Positions 9,392 through 18,357 are shown, counted from the first letter of the stretch. The stretch is DNA of 47,972 nucleotides from an uncultured Alphaproteobacteria bacterium (GCA_964531525.1 CAZHDF010000004.1:1-47972); one strand, 5' to 3'. Made by a program: numbers and translations. Notes: a model not told the origin generated them from the sequence alone.

Positions 9392-9622
9392 GTGACCGAG
9401 GCGGGCAGGACCGGCCGCTGGGCCAAGCTGATCGCCGTCAAGACCGTCTGCTGCGGCGGGCTCCTCCTGTTCGCAACCGGCGTCTTGACGATCGACGGGG
9501 TCCTGCTGTGGTTGCGCGGGAGCGGCTTCGCTTGGATTGCCGCATTGGGTGTCGTCATCGCCGCCGTGGTCTTTTTTCGGCACAGACGCGGAGCCGGCGA
9601 CGTCAAGGAGACGACTACATGA
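9392..9622 (+). CDS. Small two-helix membrane protein with a vicinal Cys pair (KTVCCGG); candidate Hg-handling protein
   Basis: GTG start 4 nt after the merA stop. There are two hydrophobic helices followed by a basic tail. The stop overlaps the next gene's ATG (ATGA at 9619-9622). Confidence 0.5.
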   Translation: MTEAGRTGRWAKLIAVKTVCCGGLLLFATGVLTIDGVLLWLRGSGFAWIAALGVVIAAVVFFRHRRGAGDVKETTT

Positions 9623-10512
9623 CCGGCGAAATCGCCTTCGCCTTCATGGCCGGCGCGATCGCCACCGCCAACCCTTGCGGGTTCGCGCTGCTGCCCGCGT
9701 ATTTCGCCCGCAGGCTGGGGATCGGGAATGACGACCGGACACGGGATACGGCCGGCGCTCTTCTACGCGCCTTCGCCGTCGGCGCCGTCACCACGGTCGG
9801 CTTTCTGCTGGTATTCGTTACGATCGGAGGAATCATCTCGTGGGGCATGCGCGGCTTCGCCGATTATCTCCCATGGATCGGCTTCTCCATCGGGATCGTC
9901 CTGGCCGTGATCGGCCTTGTCGCCCTGGCGGGAGGGACCGTTCGCCTGCATCTCCCTCTGCCACGGCCGCGGAAGCCGGCGAGGGGTCCGGGCGGAGATC
10001 TTGCCTTCGGGGTCGGCTACGGAACGGTCTCGATCACCTGCACGCTTCCGATCTTTCTCGCGGTTACGGGAACCGCAATCACCGGCGGTCCGGTTGCGGG
10101 CATTTCAAGTTTCGTTGCCTATGCCCTGGGAATGGGCACGATTCTTACCGCGCTCGCGCTTGGCGCCGCGCTCGCGCGAAACGGTCTCGCCAAGACATTC
10201 GGGCGTTTGCGTCTTCATGTCGATCGCGTGAGCGGAGGGCTGCTTTTCCTTGCCGGCCTCTATGTCGTTTATTTTTGGAGCGCCAAGCTCTTTCCGGCGA
10301 GCCTGCCGGGCGCCGCTCGGGTCGCCGCGCTCGGCGAGCATGTTTCGGGCGCGCTCCGGCGATGGCTCGAAGGGTCGATCGGCGAAACGCTCCTTTTCGC
10401 CTTCCTGATCCTGCTCGCGACGCTGCTAGCCCTGTTGTTCCTGGGGCGCATCCTTCCCAGAAAGCGGACCCGGCTCAATCCCGCGTCGCGGATTCCCCCT
10501 CGATCTCCATGA
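9619..10512 (+). CDS. CcdA/DsbD-family thiol:disulfide transmembrane electron transporter-like protein
   Basis: ATG at 9619 (MTGEIAFAFMAGAIATANPCGFALLPAY...). One conserved Cys lies in TM1 (NPCG) and a second in a later helix (VSITCTLPIFLAV). It is polytopic and translationally coupled to the upstream small ORF. Confidence 0.75.
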   Translation: MTGEIAFAFMAGAIATANPCGFALLPAYFARRLGIGNDDRTRDTAGALLRAFAVGAVTTVGFLLVFVTIGGIISWGMRGFADYLPWIGFSIGIVLAVIGLVALAGGTVRLHLPLPRPRKPARGPGGDLAFGVGYGTVSITCTLPIFLAVTGTAITGGPVAGISSFVAYALGMGTILTALALGAALARNGLAKTFGRLRLHVDRVSGGLLFLAGLYVVYFWSAKLFPASLPGAARVAALGEHVSGALRRWLEGSIGETLLFAFLILLATLLALLFLGRILPRKRTRLNPASRIPPRSP

Positions 10513-11113
10513 CGCGCCGGACGGCCGCGCGCTCTTCCATGCGCGCGCGGAAGGCGGCGATGTTGGGATAGGTCGCGGGCGGTCGGGTCATGGGGCTGCC
10601 CCAACAGCTCAGCGTGTAGAGGAACGGGTCGATCAGCGAATACGTCTCGCCCAGGAACCAGGGGCCGTCGCCGAGCACGCGGTCGAGGCGCTCGAACCCG
10701 CCGTCGAGCCGCGCCTCGGCGCAGGTCACGAGATCGGCGCGCGCGCCCTCGCCCTCGCAGTACTGATCGGCGTGATAGTAGAGCGCGAAGGCCGTCTGCA
10801 CCGTGTTCGTGAGCCGGAATAGCCACTGCCAGAAATGCCCGTGCGCGGCATCGCCCGGTTCGGGCAGCAAATACGCGCCTCCCTCGCGCGCGGCGAGATG
10901 TACGAGGATCGCGGCGGTCTCGCAGACGATCCGGCCGTCGGCATCGACCAGCGCCGGGATCTTCATCTCGGGATTGATTTCGGCGAAGCGCGGCTCGCGG
11001 TGCGCGCCACTCCGGAGGTCGACCGGTTCGAGCCGGTAGTCGACGCCGAGCTCCTCGAGCAGAATCAGCGGCGCCATCGCCGCCGTTCCCGGACAGTAGT
11101 AAAGCGTGTACAT
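10475..11113 (-). CDS. Glutathione S-transferase
   Basis: ATG at 11113 (MYTLYYCPGTAAMAPLILLEELGVDYRLEPVDL...) gives the typical N-terminal thioredoxin-like GST domain. Length is 212 aa. Confidence 0.8.
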   Translation of the reverse strand: MYTLYYCPGTAAMAPLILLEELGVDYRLEPVDLRSGAHREPRFAEINPEMKIPALVDADGRIVCETAAILVHLAAREGGAYLLPEPGDAAHGHFWQWLFRLTNTVQTAFALYYHADQYCEGEGARADLVTCAEARLDGGFERLDRVLGDGPWFLGETYSLIDPFLYTLSCWGSPMTRPPATYPNIAAFRARMEERAAVRRVMEIEGESATRD

Positions 11114-11186
11114 GGTCGTGCCTCGCTGCCGTGGGAATTCGGCATACTGCCCGCGAACGCGGCGCGGCGGCAACCGCTGATCGCAT

Positions 11187-11660
11187 TCACATGGGCTCGC
11201 TCGGCGTCCTATGGTCGGGATGCAGGCATTGGGCATGATCGGCGAGCACCTCGATCACCCGGCAATCGGCGATCCGCCCACCACGACACTGCTCGATCAT
11301 GCGCTCGAGCTCGGTCTTGAGCGCCTGAAGCCGTTCGATCCGACTTTCGACCTGGACGAGCTGGACGCGGGCGATCCGGTCGGCGGCCTCGCAAGGCCGG
11401 TCGGGATCGTCGACGAGGCTCATCAACGAGCGAATCGCGTCGAGCGAGAAGCCGAGCTCGCGCGCATGACGGATGAAGGCGAGCCGGTCCACGTGCCGAC
11501 GATCGTAGCGCCGCTGATTGCCCGCCGTGCGCGCGGGCTCGGGCATCAAGCCGATGGTCTCGTAGTAGCGGATGGTTTGGACCTTGCAGCCGGTCTCGCG
11601 GGCGAGATGCCCGATTGTCAGCTCCCTGGCCGGTTCCGCGCTCGATTCCCGTGGGGTCAT
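11187..11660 (-). CDS. MerR-family heavy-metal regulator (CadR/PbrR/ZntR-like)
   Basis: HTH segment VQTIRYYETIGLMPEP. Cys residues in RPCEAAD and EQCRGGRIADC plus a His/Cys-containing tail (HAQCLHPDH). It is divergent from a P1B-ATPase gene. Confidence 0.85.
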   Translation of the reverse strand: MTPRESSAEPARELTIGHLARETGCKVQTIRYYETIGLMPEPARTAGNQRRYDRRHVDRLAFIRHARELGFSLDAIRSLMSLVDDPDRPCEAADRIARVQLVQVESRIERLQALKTELERMIEQCRGGRIADCRVIEVLADHAQCLHPDHRTPSEPM

Positions 11661-11671
11661 GATTTTTCCTC

Positions 11672-11702
11672 TTGAACCTCCAGTCGCTGTAGATCCTATC
11701 TT
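11672..11702 (+). promoter_or_regulatory. MerR-type promoter/operator of the P1B-ATPase gene
   Basis: -35 TTGAAC (11672-11677), a 19-bp spacer containing the imperfect dyad CTCCAG-tcg-CTGTAG, and -10 TATCTT (11697-11702). Confidence 0.6.
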
Positions 11703-11759
11703 GATATCTAGTCCCCCCGCCGGGCCCGATCAAGCGGCCCGTTTCGATAGCGAGAAGCC

Positions 11760-14114
11760 ATGCTTGAGCGTCCGACCCCCGATCCCGGCTCCGCGCCCGT
11801 CCCGGACTTGCCTCCGGAGCGGACGCACGCCCACGAAACCGCCCACCGGCACGCCCCCGCCTGTGGGTCTTGCGCGATCCCGGCCGAAGCGCCGGTCCCG
11901 CCGCCCGAGGGCTGGCGTCGGGCCTTCGTGGTCGAGGGGCTCGACTGCGCCGAGGAGGTCGCGACGCTCAAGCGCGCCGTCGGCCCGCTCGTCGGCGGCG
12001 AGGAGCATCTCGCCTTCGACGTCATCAACGGGCGCATGATGCTGCGCGCGGGCGCCAAGGAGGTTCCCGCCGACACGATCCGCGAAGCGGTCCGCCGCAC
12101 CGGCATGACGGCGAGCGAATGGCGTTCCGACGACGCGGACGCCGCCGCCGCCGACCGCCGCGCGGCCGAGCGTCGTCACCGCATCCAGGTTTGGCTGATG
12201 ACGCTTTCGGGCGTCGCCACGCTCGCCGGGGTAATCCTTCATATCGTGCTCGCCGGCGGGGTCGGACGCGCGCTCGATCTGTTCGCGGGCCACGGCGGAC
12301 AGGCGATGCCGATGCCCGAGATCGCGGCCTACGCGCTCGCGATCGCGCTTGGCGGGCGCTACGTGGTCGTCAAGGCGTGGTACGCCGCGCGCCGGCTGCG
12401 TCCCGACATGAACCTTCTGATGGTTATCGCCGTCGTCGGCGCGGCGATCATCGGCGAGTGGTTCGAGGCGGCGACGGTCACCTTCCTGTTCGCGCTGTCC
12501 CTGGTGCTCGAAAGCTGGAGCGTCGGTCGCGCGCGCCGCGCCATCGCCGCCCTGCTCGATCTCGCGCCGCCGACGGTCCGCCTCAAGACCGCAACCGGCG
12601 AGGAAGTCGAAACCCCGGCGGCCGAGGTCGCGGTCGGCAGCCTGTTCGTCGTTCGTCCGGGCGAGCGCGTGGCCCTCGACGGACGGGTGGTCGCGGGCGA
12701 AAGCGCGATCAACCAGGCGCCGATCACGGGCGAGAGCGTGCCGGTGCCCAAGGAGCCCGGCGACGAGGTTTTCGCGGGCACCATCAACGGCGACGGCGCG
12801 CTCGAGATCGAGAGCACCAAGGCCGCGTCCGATACCACGCTCGCGCGTATCATTCGCCTGGTCGAGGAGGCTCACGGCCGCCGCGCGCGGGCCGAGCAAT
12901 GGGTCGAGAGCTTCGCCCGCGTCTACACGCCGCTCGTGATCCTGCTCGCGATCGCGGTGTTCGTCGTGCCGCCGCTTGTCTTCGGCGGCGCCTGGGACGC
13001 GTGGTTCTACCGGGCGCTCGTCCTGCTCGTCATCGCCTGCCCCTGCGCGCTCGTCATCTCGACGCCGGTGAGCATCGTCGCGGCGCTCGCCTCGTCGGCG
13101 CGGCGCGGCGTGCTGGTCAAGGGCGGCACCTATATCGAGCAGCCCGCGCGGCTCGAGGCGATCGCCTTCGACAAGACCGGAACCCTCACGCGCGGCGAGC
13201 CCGAGGTGGTCGCGGTCGTGCCTCTTAACGGGCACACCGAGGACGAGCTTCTCGAACGCGCCGCCGCGCTCGAGGCGCGCAGCACCCATCCTCTCGCGAG
13301 CGCCATCACGGCGCATGCCGCCGCGCGCGGGATCGCCCCGCCCCCGGTCGAGAATGCGCGCCTTCTCCAGGGAAAGGGCGTCACGGGACGCTTCGACGGC
13401 GAGGACTTCTGGCTCGGCTCGCATCGCTATCTGATCGAGCGCGGCCAGGGCACGGACGAACTCGCCGCACGAACCGAGACCTTCGAGCGCGCCGGGCGAA
13501 CCGTGATCGCGATCGGCAACGCGCGCCACGTCTGCGGCCTGATCGCGGTCGCCGACACGGTGCGCCCCGAGGCCCGGGCGACGGTCGAGGCCCTGCGCCG
13601 CGCCGGCGTCCGCCGCCTCGTCATGCTGACCGGCGACAACCGCGCGACCGGCGAGGCGATCGGGCGCGAGGTCGGCGTGGACGCGGTCGAGGCCGAGCTT
13701 CTGCCCGAGGACAAGGTCGCGGCGGTCGAGCGATTGGCCGAGGAATACGGCACCGTCGCCATGGTCGGCGACGGCGTCAACGACGCCCCCGCCATGGCGC
13801 GCGCGAGCTTCGGCATCGCCATGGGCGCGATGGGCAGCGACGCCGCGATCGAAACCGCGGATATCGCGCTCATGACCGACGATCTCACGAGACTCCCCTG
13901 GCTGATCAAGCATTCGCGGCGTACGATCCGCATCATTCGCGAGAACATCATCTTCGCACTCGGGGTAAAAGCCATTTTCGTCGTTCTCACCTTCGCCGGA
14001 ATCGCGACGCTCTGGGGCGCCATCGCGGCCGATGTCGGGGCGTCTCTCCTGGTGGTCGCCAATGCGCTCCGCCTGCTGCGCGCGGACGAAACGCCGGGCG
14101 CCGGGACCGCATAA
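11760..14114 (+). CDS. Heavy-metal translocating P1B-type ATPase, Zn/Cd/Pb (P1B-2) signature
   Basis: Motifs present: CPC in TM6 (VIACPCALVISTP), DKTGTLT, GDGVNDAP, and K...ADVGASLLVVANALRLL in TM7-8. The N-terminus has a His/Cys-rich leader and an HMA-like domain (VEGLDCAEEV). Confidence 0.9.
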   Translation: MLERPTPDPGSAPVPDLPPERTHAHETAHRHAPACGSCAIPAEAPVPPPEGWRRAFVVEGLDCAEEVATLKRAVGPLVGGEEHLAFDVINGRMMLRAGAKEVPADTIREAVRRTGMTASEWRSDDADAAAADRRAAERRHRIQVWLMTLSGVATLAGVILHIVLAGGVGRALDLFAGHGGQAMPMPEIAAYALAIALGGRYVVVKAWYAARRLRPDMNLLMVIAVVGAAIIGEWFEAATVTFLFALSLVLESWSVGRARRAIAALLDLAPPTVRLKTATGEEVETPAAEVAVGSLFVVRPGERVALDGRVVAGESAINQAPITGESVPVPKEPGDEVFAGTINGDGALEIESTKAASDTTLARIIRLVEEAHGRRARAEQWVESFARVYTPLVILLAIAVFVVPPLVFGGAWDAWFYRALVLLVIACPCALVISTPVSIVAALASSARRGVLVKGGTYIEQPARLEAIAFDKTGTLTRGEPEVVAVVPLNGHTEDELLERAAALEARSTHPLASAITAHAAARGIAPPPVENARLLQGKGVTGRFDGEDFWLGSHRYLIERGQGTDELAARTETFERAGRTVIAIGNARHVCGLIAVADTVRPEARATVEALRRAGVRRLVMLTGDNRATGEAIGREVGVDAVEAELLPEDKVAAVERLAEEYGTVAMVGDGVNDAPAMARASFGIAMGAMGSDAAIETADIALMTDDLTRLPWLIKHSRRTIRIIRENIIFALGVKAIFVVLTFAGIATLWGAIAADVGASLLVVANALRLLRADETPGAGTA

Positions 14115-14133
14115 GGCGCGGGGCGCATAGGGA

Positions 14134-14748
14134 ATGAGGTCGGCTCGCGCGCTGCGTCGGGTCCTCTGGGGGCTTGTCGGCCTGTCGGCGGCGGGACTCG
14201 TCGCGCTCGTCCTTTGGCGCGGGATGGCGCCGGATGCCCCTTCGGTGGAAAAAATCACGGGGCCGCCCGCGATCGTCGCCGATTTTTCGCTGACCGATCA
14301 CACGGGCCGCCGGGTCACGGACGAGGACTATCGCGGCCGCTGGCTTCTGGTCTTCTTCGGCTACACCAATTGCCCCGACGTCTGCCCGACCACGCTCGGC
14401 ACGGTCGCCGACGTGCTGGAGCGCCTGGGCGGAGATGCCCGCGCGATTCAGCCGCTGTTCATCACGATCGACCCCGAACGCGATACGGCGGCGGTATTGG
14501 CCGAGTATGTCGCCGCCTTCGATCCTCGGATCGTCGGGCTTACGGGAACCCCGGACGAGATCAAGGCGGCCGCGGCGTCATTCCTCGTCTACTACGCCAA
14601 GGATGAGCCCTACGCCAACACGGGCGCCTACTCCATGGCCCATTCGGCGCGCCTCTACCTGATCGATCCGGAGGGAAATTACGCGACCTCGTTCGCATTC
14701 GGCGACAGCGCCGAGGTCATCGCCGCCGGCATTCGCCGGTATCTCTGA
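14134..14748 (+). CDS. SCO1/SenC-family thioredoxin-like copper chaperone
   Basis: N-terminal membrane anchor, the motif FGYTNCPDVCPTTL (CxxxC) and a conserved distal His (YSMAHSARLY). Confidence 0.85.
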   Translation: MRSARALRRVLWGLVGLSAAGLVALVLWRGMAPDAPSVEKITGPPAIVADFSLTDHTGRRVTDEDYRGRWLLVFFGYTNCPDVCPTTLGTVADVLERLGGDARAIQPLFITIDPERDTAAVLAEYVAAFDPRIVGLTGTPDEIKAAAASFLVYYAKDEPYANTGAYSMAHSARLYLIDPEGNYATSFAFGDSAEVIAAGIRRYL

Positions 14749-14779
14749 ACCGCCCGGCCCTTCCCGAGACCGCGCCGAG

Positions 14780-15871
14780 ATGTCTTCCGAACGCCTCGCT
14801 GCCGTCGCCGTCGCGGCGGGCGCGGCGGCGGCTTTCGTCGCGACCCTCGCCGGGGTCGACGCGGCCTTCGCCCATGGCGTCCTATCCCCCGGGACAAGCG
14901 CCTGGTCGGCCTGGGCCCTGACGCCCGAGATCGTCGCCGGCAGCTTGATCGTCGCCCTGCTTTACGGCGTCGGTCTGTATCGCCGCCAAGAGCGGGAACG
15001 CGGCCGCGGATGGCGTCACCTGGCCTTCTACGCCGGTCTGGCGGCGATCTTTCTCGCCCTGCAATCGCCCATCGACGCGATCGCCGAGCGGGTGTTCGTC
15101 ATCCATCAAATTCAGCATCTTCTGCTGCGCATGATCGGGCCGATGCTGCTGATGCTTTCGGCCCCGCAGGGCCTTCTGGTCGCCGGCATGCCCAAGGCGG
15201 CGCAACGTCGCCTGCTCGCCCCGATTCTGGCGAGCGGGGCGGTGCGCGGCGTTTTCGGTTTTCTCGCCCGCCCCGTGGTCGCGACGGTTCTGTTCGTCGC
15301 GATGCTTTACGTCTGGCAGATCCCGCGCCTCCACGACCTCGCCTTGCGCGACGACGCCCTGCATTACCTGATGCACGCCAGCCTGCTGTTCACGGGGCTG
15401 GTGTTCTTCTGGCGGGTCTTCGATCCGCGTCCCGCGCCGCAAGGCACCCGTTACGGCATCCGCCTGATGATGCTCTGGATGACGATCCTCGCGAACATCG
15501 TCATCGGCGCCTCGCTCGTGTTCAAGAGCGGCGTGCTCTACCCGGCCTATGGCGATCTCGGCCGCCTTTGGGAAATGAACGCGCTGGTCGACGAGCGGCT
15601 GGGCGCGGCGACGATCTGGATTCCCGGCAGCATGATGGGCCTGATCGCGATCCTGATCGTCATTCACATGTGGGGGCGCCATGAAACCCGCGTCGAGGCC
15701 CGCGCCAAAACCCGGGAACGCGCGGTCGCGCCACCCTTGACCGCGGCCGACGTGATCCGCGACCGGGCCGGGCGCAACCGGACCATGGCGCTCGGCTTCG
15801 CGGCCTTCGCCGCCGCCGTCTTCGCCGCCGCGATCATGGTCGGCGTGGTGCGTTTCCTGATGGGCGCGTGA
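14780..15871 (+). CDS. Cytochrome c oxidase assembly factor CtaG (caa3-type, polytopic membrane protein)
   Basis: Polytopic 363-aa protein containing HQIQHLLLRMIGPMLLMLSAPQ, which is typical of the Caa3_CtaG family. Confidence 0.7.
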   Translation: MSSERLAAVAVAAGAAAAFVATLAGVDAAFAHGVLSPGTSAWSAWALTPEIVAGSLIVALLYGVGLYRRQERERGRGWRHLAFYAGLAAIFLALQSPIDAIAERVFVIHQIQHLLLRMIGPMLLMLSAPQGLLVAGMPKAAQRRLLAPILASGAVRGVFGFLARPVVATVLFVAMLYVWQIPRLHDLALRDDALHYLMHASLLFTGLVFFWRVFDPRPAPQGTRYGIRLMMLWMTILANIVIGASLVFKSGVLYPAYGDLGRLWEMNALVDERLGAATIWIPGSMMGLIAILIVIHMWGRHETRVEARAKTRERAVAPPLTAADVIRDRAGRNRTMALGFAAFAAAVFAAAIMVGVVRFLMGA

Positions 15872-15992
15872 CAGCGAACGCCTCGCGACGCGCGCGCATA
15901 CGACCTCTCTTTCCTCGCCCGCGCGGGATGGCGTAGGCTGCCGGGCGTCGGCGGCCTCGCGCCGGCGTCCATCCGACGGAGGAAAGCGGGAC

Positions 15993-17195
15993 ATGACGAG
16001 CGCGCGCGATCGGCGCCTTCTCGACGGCATTCGGGTTCTCGACTTCACGCGGGTCATGGCGGGGCCGTACTGCACGGCGCTGCTCGCCGATCTCGGCGCC
16101 GACGTCGTGAAGGTCGAGCCCCCGGGCGGCGACGACTACCGCCATGTCGGCCCCTTCAAGGAGGGCGAGAGCGCGCTGTTCCTGCTCGTCAATCGGCGCA
16201 AGCGCGGGATCGTGCTCGACCTCAAGACCGCGCAAGGGGTCGAGATCGCCCGGGCGCTCGCCGCCAGGGCCGACGTGGTGGTCGAGAACTTCCGCCCCGG
16301 CGTCGCCAAGCGCCTCGGCATCGACTATGAAAGCCTGCGCGCGGGAAACCCGGGCCTGGTCTACGCCAGCATCTCGGGCTTCGGCCAGAAGAGCCCGATG
16401 GGCGATCTCCCGTCCTACGACATCGTCGCGCAGGCGATGACCGGGCTGATGGCGATGACCGGCGAGCCCGACGGCCCACCGACCATGGTGGGCGAATCCA
16501 TGGGCGATCTCGCCGCCGCGATGTTCGCGTCCTGGGGCATCCTCGCCGCCTTGCTCGCGCGCGAGCGCACCGGCGAGGGGCGCTATCTCGACGTCGCCCT
16601 GTTCGATTCGCTGTTTTCGCTGCTGCCGACGCCGCTTTGCCAGGTGCTCCACGCCGACCGCCGGCCGACGCGGGTCGGCAACCGCCATCAGATCTCGGCG
16701 CCCTTCGGCGTGTTCCGCTCGGGCGACGGCCATGTGGTGATCGCGGTGTTGACCGAGCGTCAGTTCGCGGCGCTCGCCGAGGTTGCGGGTTGCCCCGAGA
16801 TCGTCGACGACCCGCGCTTCCAATCGGACGAGACGCGCGAGCGGAACGAGCCCGCGCTGCGCGCGCGGATCGAGGACTGGACCACCCGGCTCCCCACCGC
16901 CGCGATCGTCGAGGCGCTCGGCCGGGCGGGCGTTCCCGTCTCGCCGATCTGGGAGATCGCCGAGGCCGCGCGCTCGGAGCAGGTCGCCGCCCGGGGGCTG
17001 GTCACCTCCGCGCGCCACGGAACCCTCGGCCCGCTGCCGGTCGTCGAGCAACCGGTCCATTTCACCGACAGCGCGCGCGGCGGCGCGACGGCGGCGCCGG
17101 GGCTCGGCGAGCATACCGACGAGATCCTTCGCGAGATCCTCGATCTCGATCCGGAACGCATCCGGGCGCTGCGCGACGCCGGCGCGATTCGTTAG
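15993..17195 (+). CDS. Family III CoA-transferase (CaiB/BaiF type)
   Basis: N-terminus LDGIRVLDFTRVMAGPYCTALLADLGADVVKVEPPGGDDYR; length 400 aa. Confidence 0.85.
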   Translation: MTSARDRRLLDGIRVLDFTRVMAGPYCTALLADLGADVVKVEPPGGDDYRHVGPFKEGESALFLLVNRRKRGIVLDLKTAQGVEIARALAARADVVVENFRPGVAKRLGIDYESLRAGNPGLVYASISGFGQKSPMGDLPSYDIVAQAMTGLMAMTGEPDGPPTMVGESMGDLAAAMFASWGILAALLARERTGEGRYLDVALFDSLFSLLPTPLCQVLHADRRPTRVGNRHQISAPFGVFRSGDGHVVIAVLTERQFAALAEVAGCPEIVDDPRFQSDETRERNEPALRARIEDWTTRLPTAAIVEALGRAGVPVSPIWEIAEAARSEQVAARGLVTSARHGTLGPLPVVEQPVHFTDSARGGATAAPGLGEHTDEILREILDLDPERIRALRDAGAIR

Positions 17196-17205
17196 GAGAC
17201 AAGCC

Positions 17206-18348
17206 ATGGACTTCCGCTTCAGCGACGAGGACGAGGCGCTTTACGACACGGTGCGCCGTTTCGCCGAGGCCGAGCTCGCGCCCCGGGCGGCGGAGATCGA
17301 CGAGCAGGCGATCTTCGCGACGGTCCATCTTGAAAAACTGACCGCCCTCGGCGTGATGGGCATGAACCTGCCCGAGCGCGTCGGCGGCGCGGGCGTCTCG
17401 CCGCTCGCCCTGTTCCGCGCGGTCGAGGCGATCGCCGGGGCCTGCGCCTCGACCGCCTCGATGGTGACGGCCCATTACCTCGCGACCGATTCGATCCTTC
17501 TCGGCGGCGACGAGGCGCTCCGGGCGCGCGTCCTGCCGGGCGCGGCGACGGGCGGCAAGCTCGGCGCCTTCGCCCTGACCGAGCCCGGCGCGGGCTCGAA
17601 CCCCGCCGACATGACCACCCGCGCGCGCCGCGAAGGCGACGGTTACCGGATCGAGGGAACCAAGCACTTCATCTCGAACGCGGGCGCCGCCGATTTTCTG
17701 GTCGTCTACGCGGTGACCGACCGCGACGCCGGGCACCGCGGCATCAGCGCCTTCGTGGTCGAGCGCGCGCGCGACGGCGTCACGGTCGGTCCGGCCGAAC
17801 GCACCATGGGGGTGCGCGGCGGCCATGTGTTCGAGATCCGGCTCGACTGCGTCGTCCCCGAGGCCAACCGGATCGGCCCCGAGGGAAGCGGCTTCAAGAC
17901 CGCGATGAAAGTGCTCGACAACGGCCGGGTGGAGGTGGCCGCCCAATGCGTCGGCATCGCCCAGGCGGCGCTCGACGCGGCGCTCGACTGGGCCGGGCAG
18001 CGGCGCGTGGGCGGCGAGCCGATCGGCACGTTCCAGGGATTGCAGTGGATGCTCGCCGACATGGCGACCGAGCTCGACGCCGCGCGGCTCCTGGGGCTGC
18101 GCGCCGCCTGGTTGCGCGCCGAGGGGACGCGCTTCACCCGCGAGGCGTCGATGGCCAAGCTCTTCGCCTCCGAGATGGTCCAGCGCGTGACCGACCGCGC
18201 GCTCCAGATCCACGGCGGCTACGGCTACTCGCGCGAGATGCCGCTCGAACGCCTGGCGCGCGACGCCCGCATCATGCGCATCTTCGAGGGCTCGTCGGAG
18301 ATTCAGCGCAACATCATCGCGCGCATGCTTCTCCAGGGGATGCGGTAG
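17206..18348 (+). CDS. Acyl-CoA dehydrogenase
   Basis: ATG at 17206 after AGGAGA. Length 380 aa. Contains GAFALTEPGAGSNP and the C-terminal IFEGSSEIQRNIIA. Confidence 0.85.
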   Translation: MDFRFSDEDEALYDTVRRFAEAELAPRAAEIDEQAIFATVHLEKLTALGVMGMNLPERVGGAGVSPLALFRAVEAIAGACASTASMVTAHYLATDSILLGGDEALRARVLPGAATGGKLGAFALTEPGAGSNPADMTTRARREGDGYRIEGTKHFISNAGAADFLVVYAVTDRDAGHRGISAFVVERARDGVTVGPAERTMGVRGGHVFEIRLDCVVPEANRIGPEGSGFKTAMKVLDNGRVEVAAQCVGIAQAALDAALDWAGQRRVGGEPIGTFQGLQWMLADMATELDAARLLGLRAAWLRAEGTRFTREASMAKLFASEMVQRVTDRALQIHGGYGYSREMPLERLARDARIMRIFEGSSEIQRNIIARMLLQGMR

Positions 18349-18357
18349 GCCCCGCCC

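Noticed and set aside
7857-9395. 512-aa plus-strand ORF overlapping merA in another frame
   Set aside because: The translation is an Arg/Gly/Pro-rich repeat-like sequence. The merA frame has the FAD, redox-Cys and C-terminal CC motifs, so this is an out-of-frame GC artefact.
11730-14258. 842-aa ORF on the minus strand, the longest ORF in the track
   Set aside because: It is antisense to the P1B-ATPase gene. Its translation is Arg/Gly/Asp/Ala-rich low complexity with no recognisable motif, whereas the plus strand carries the full set of P-type ATPase motifs. This is a typical high-GC shadow ORF.
6167-15871. Calling the mer/cad/sco block a mobile element or genomic island
   Set aside because: The window contains no transposase, integrase, resolvase, tRNA target or terminal inverted repeats. 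Only a 12-bp repeat at one edge was seen, and it is reported as a low-confidence finding rather than a mobile-element call.
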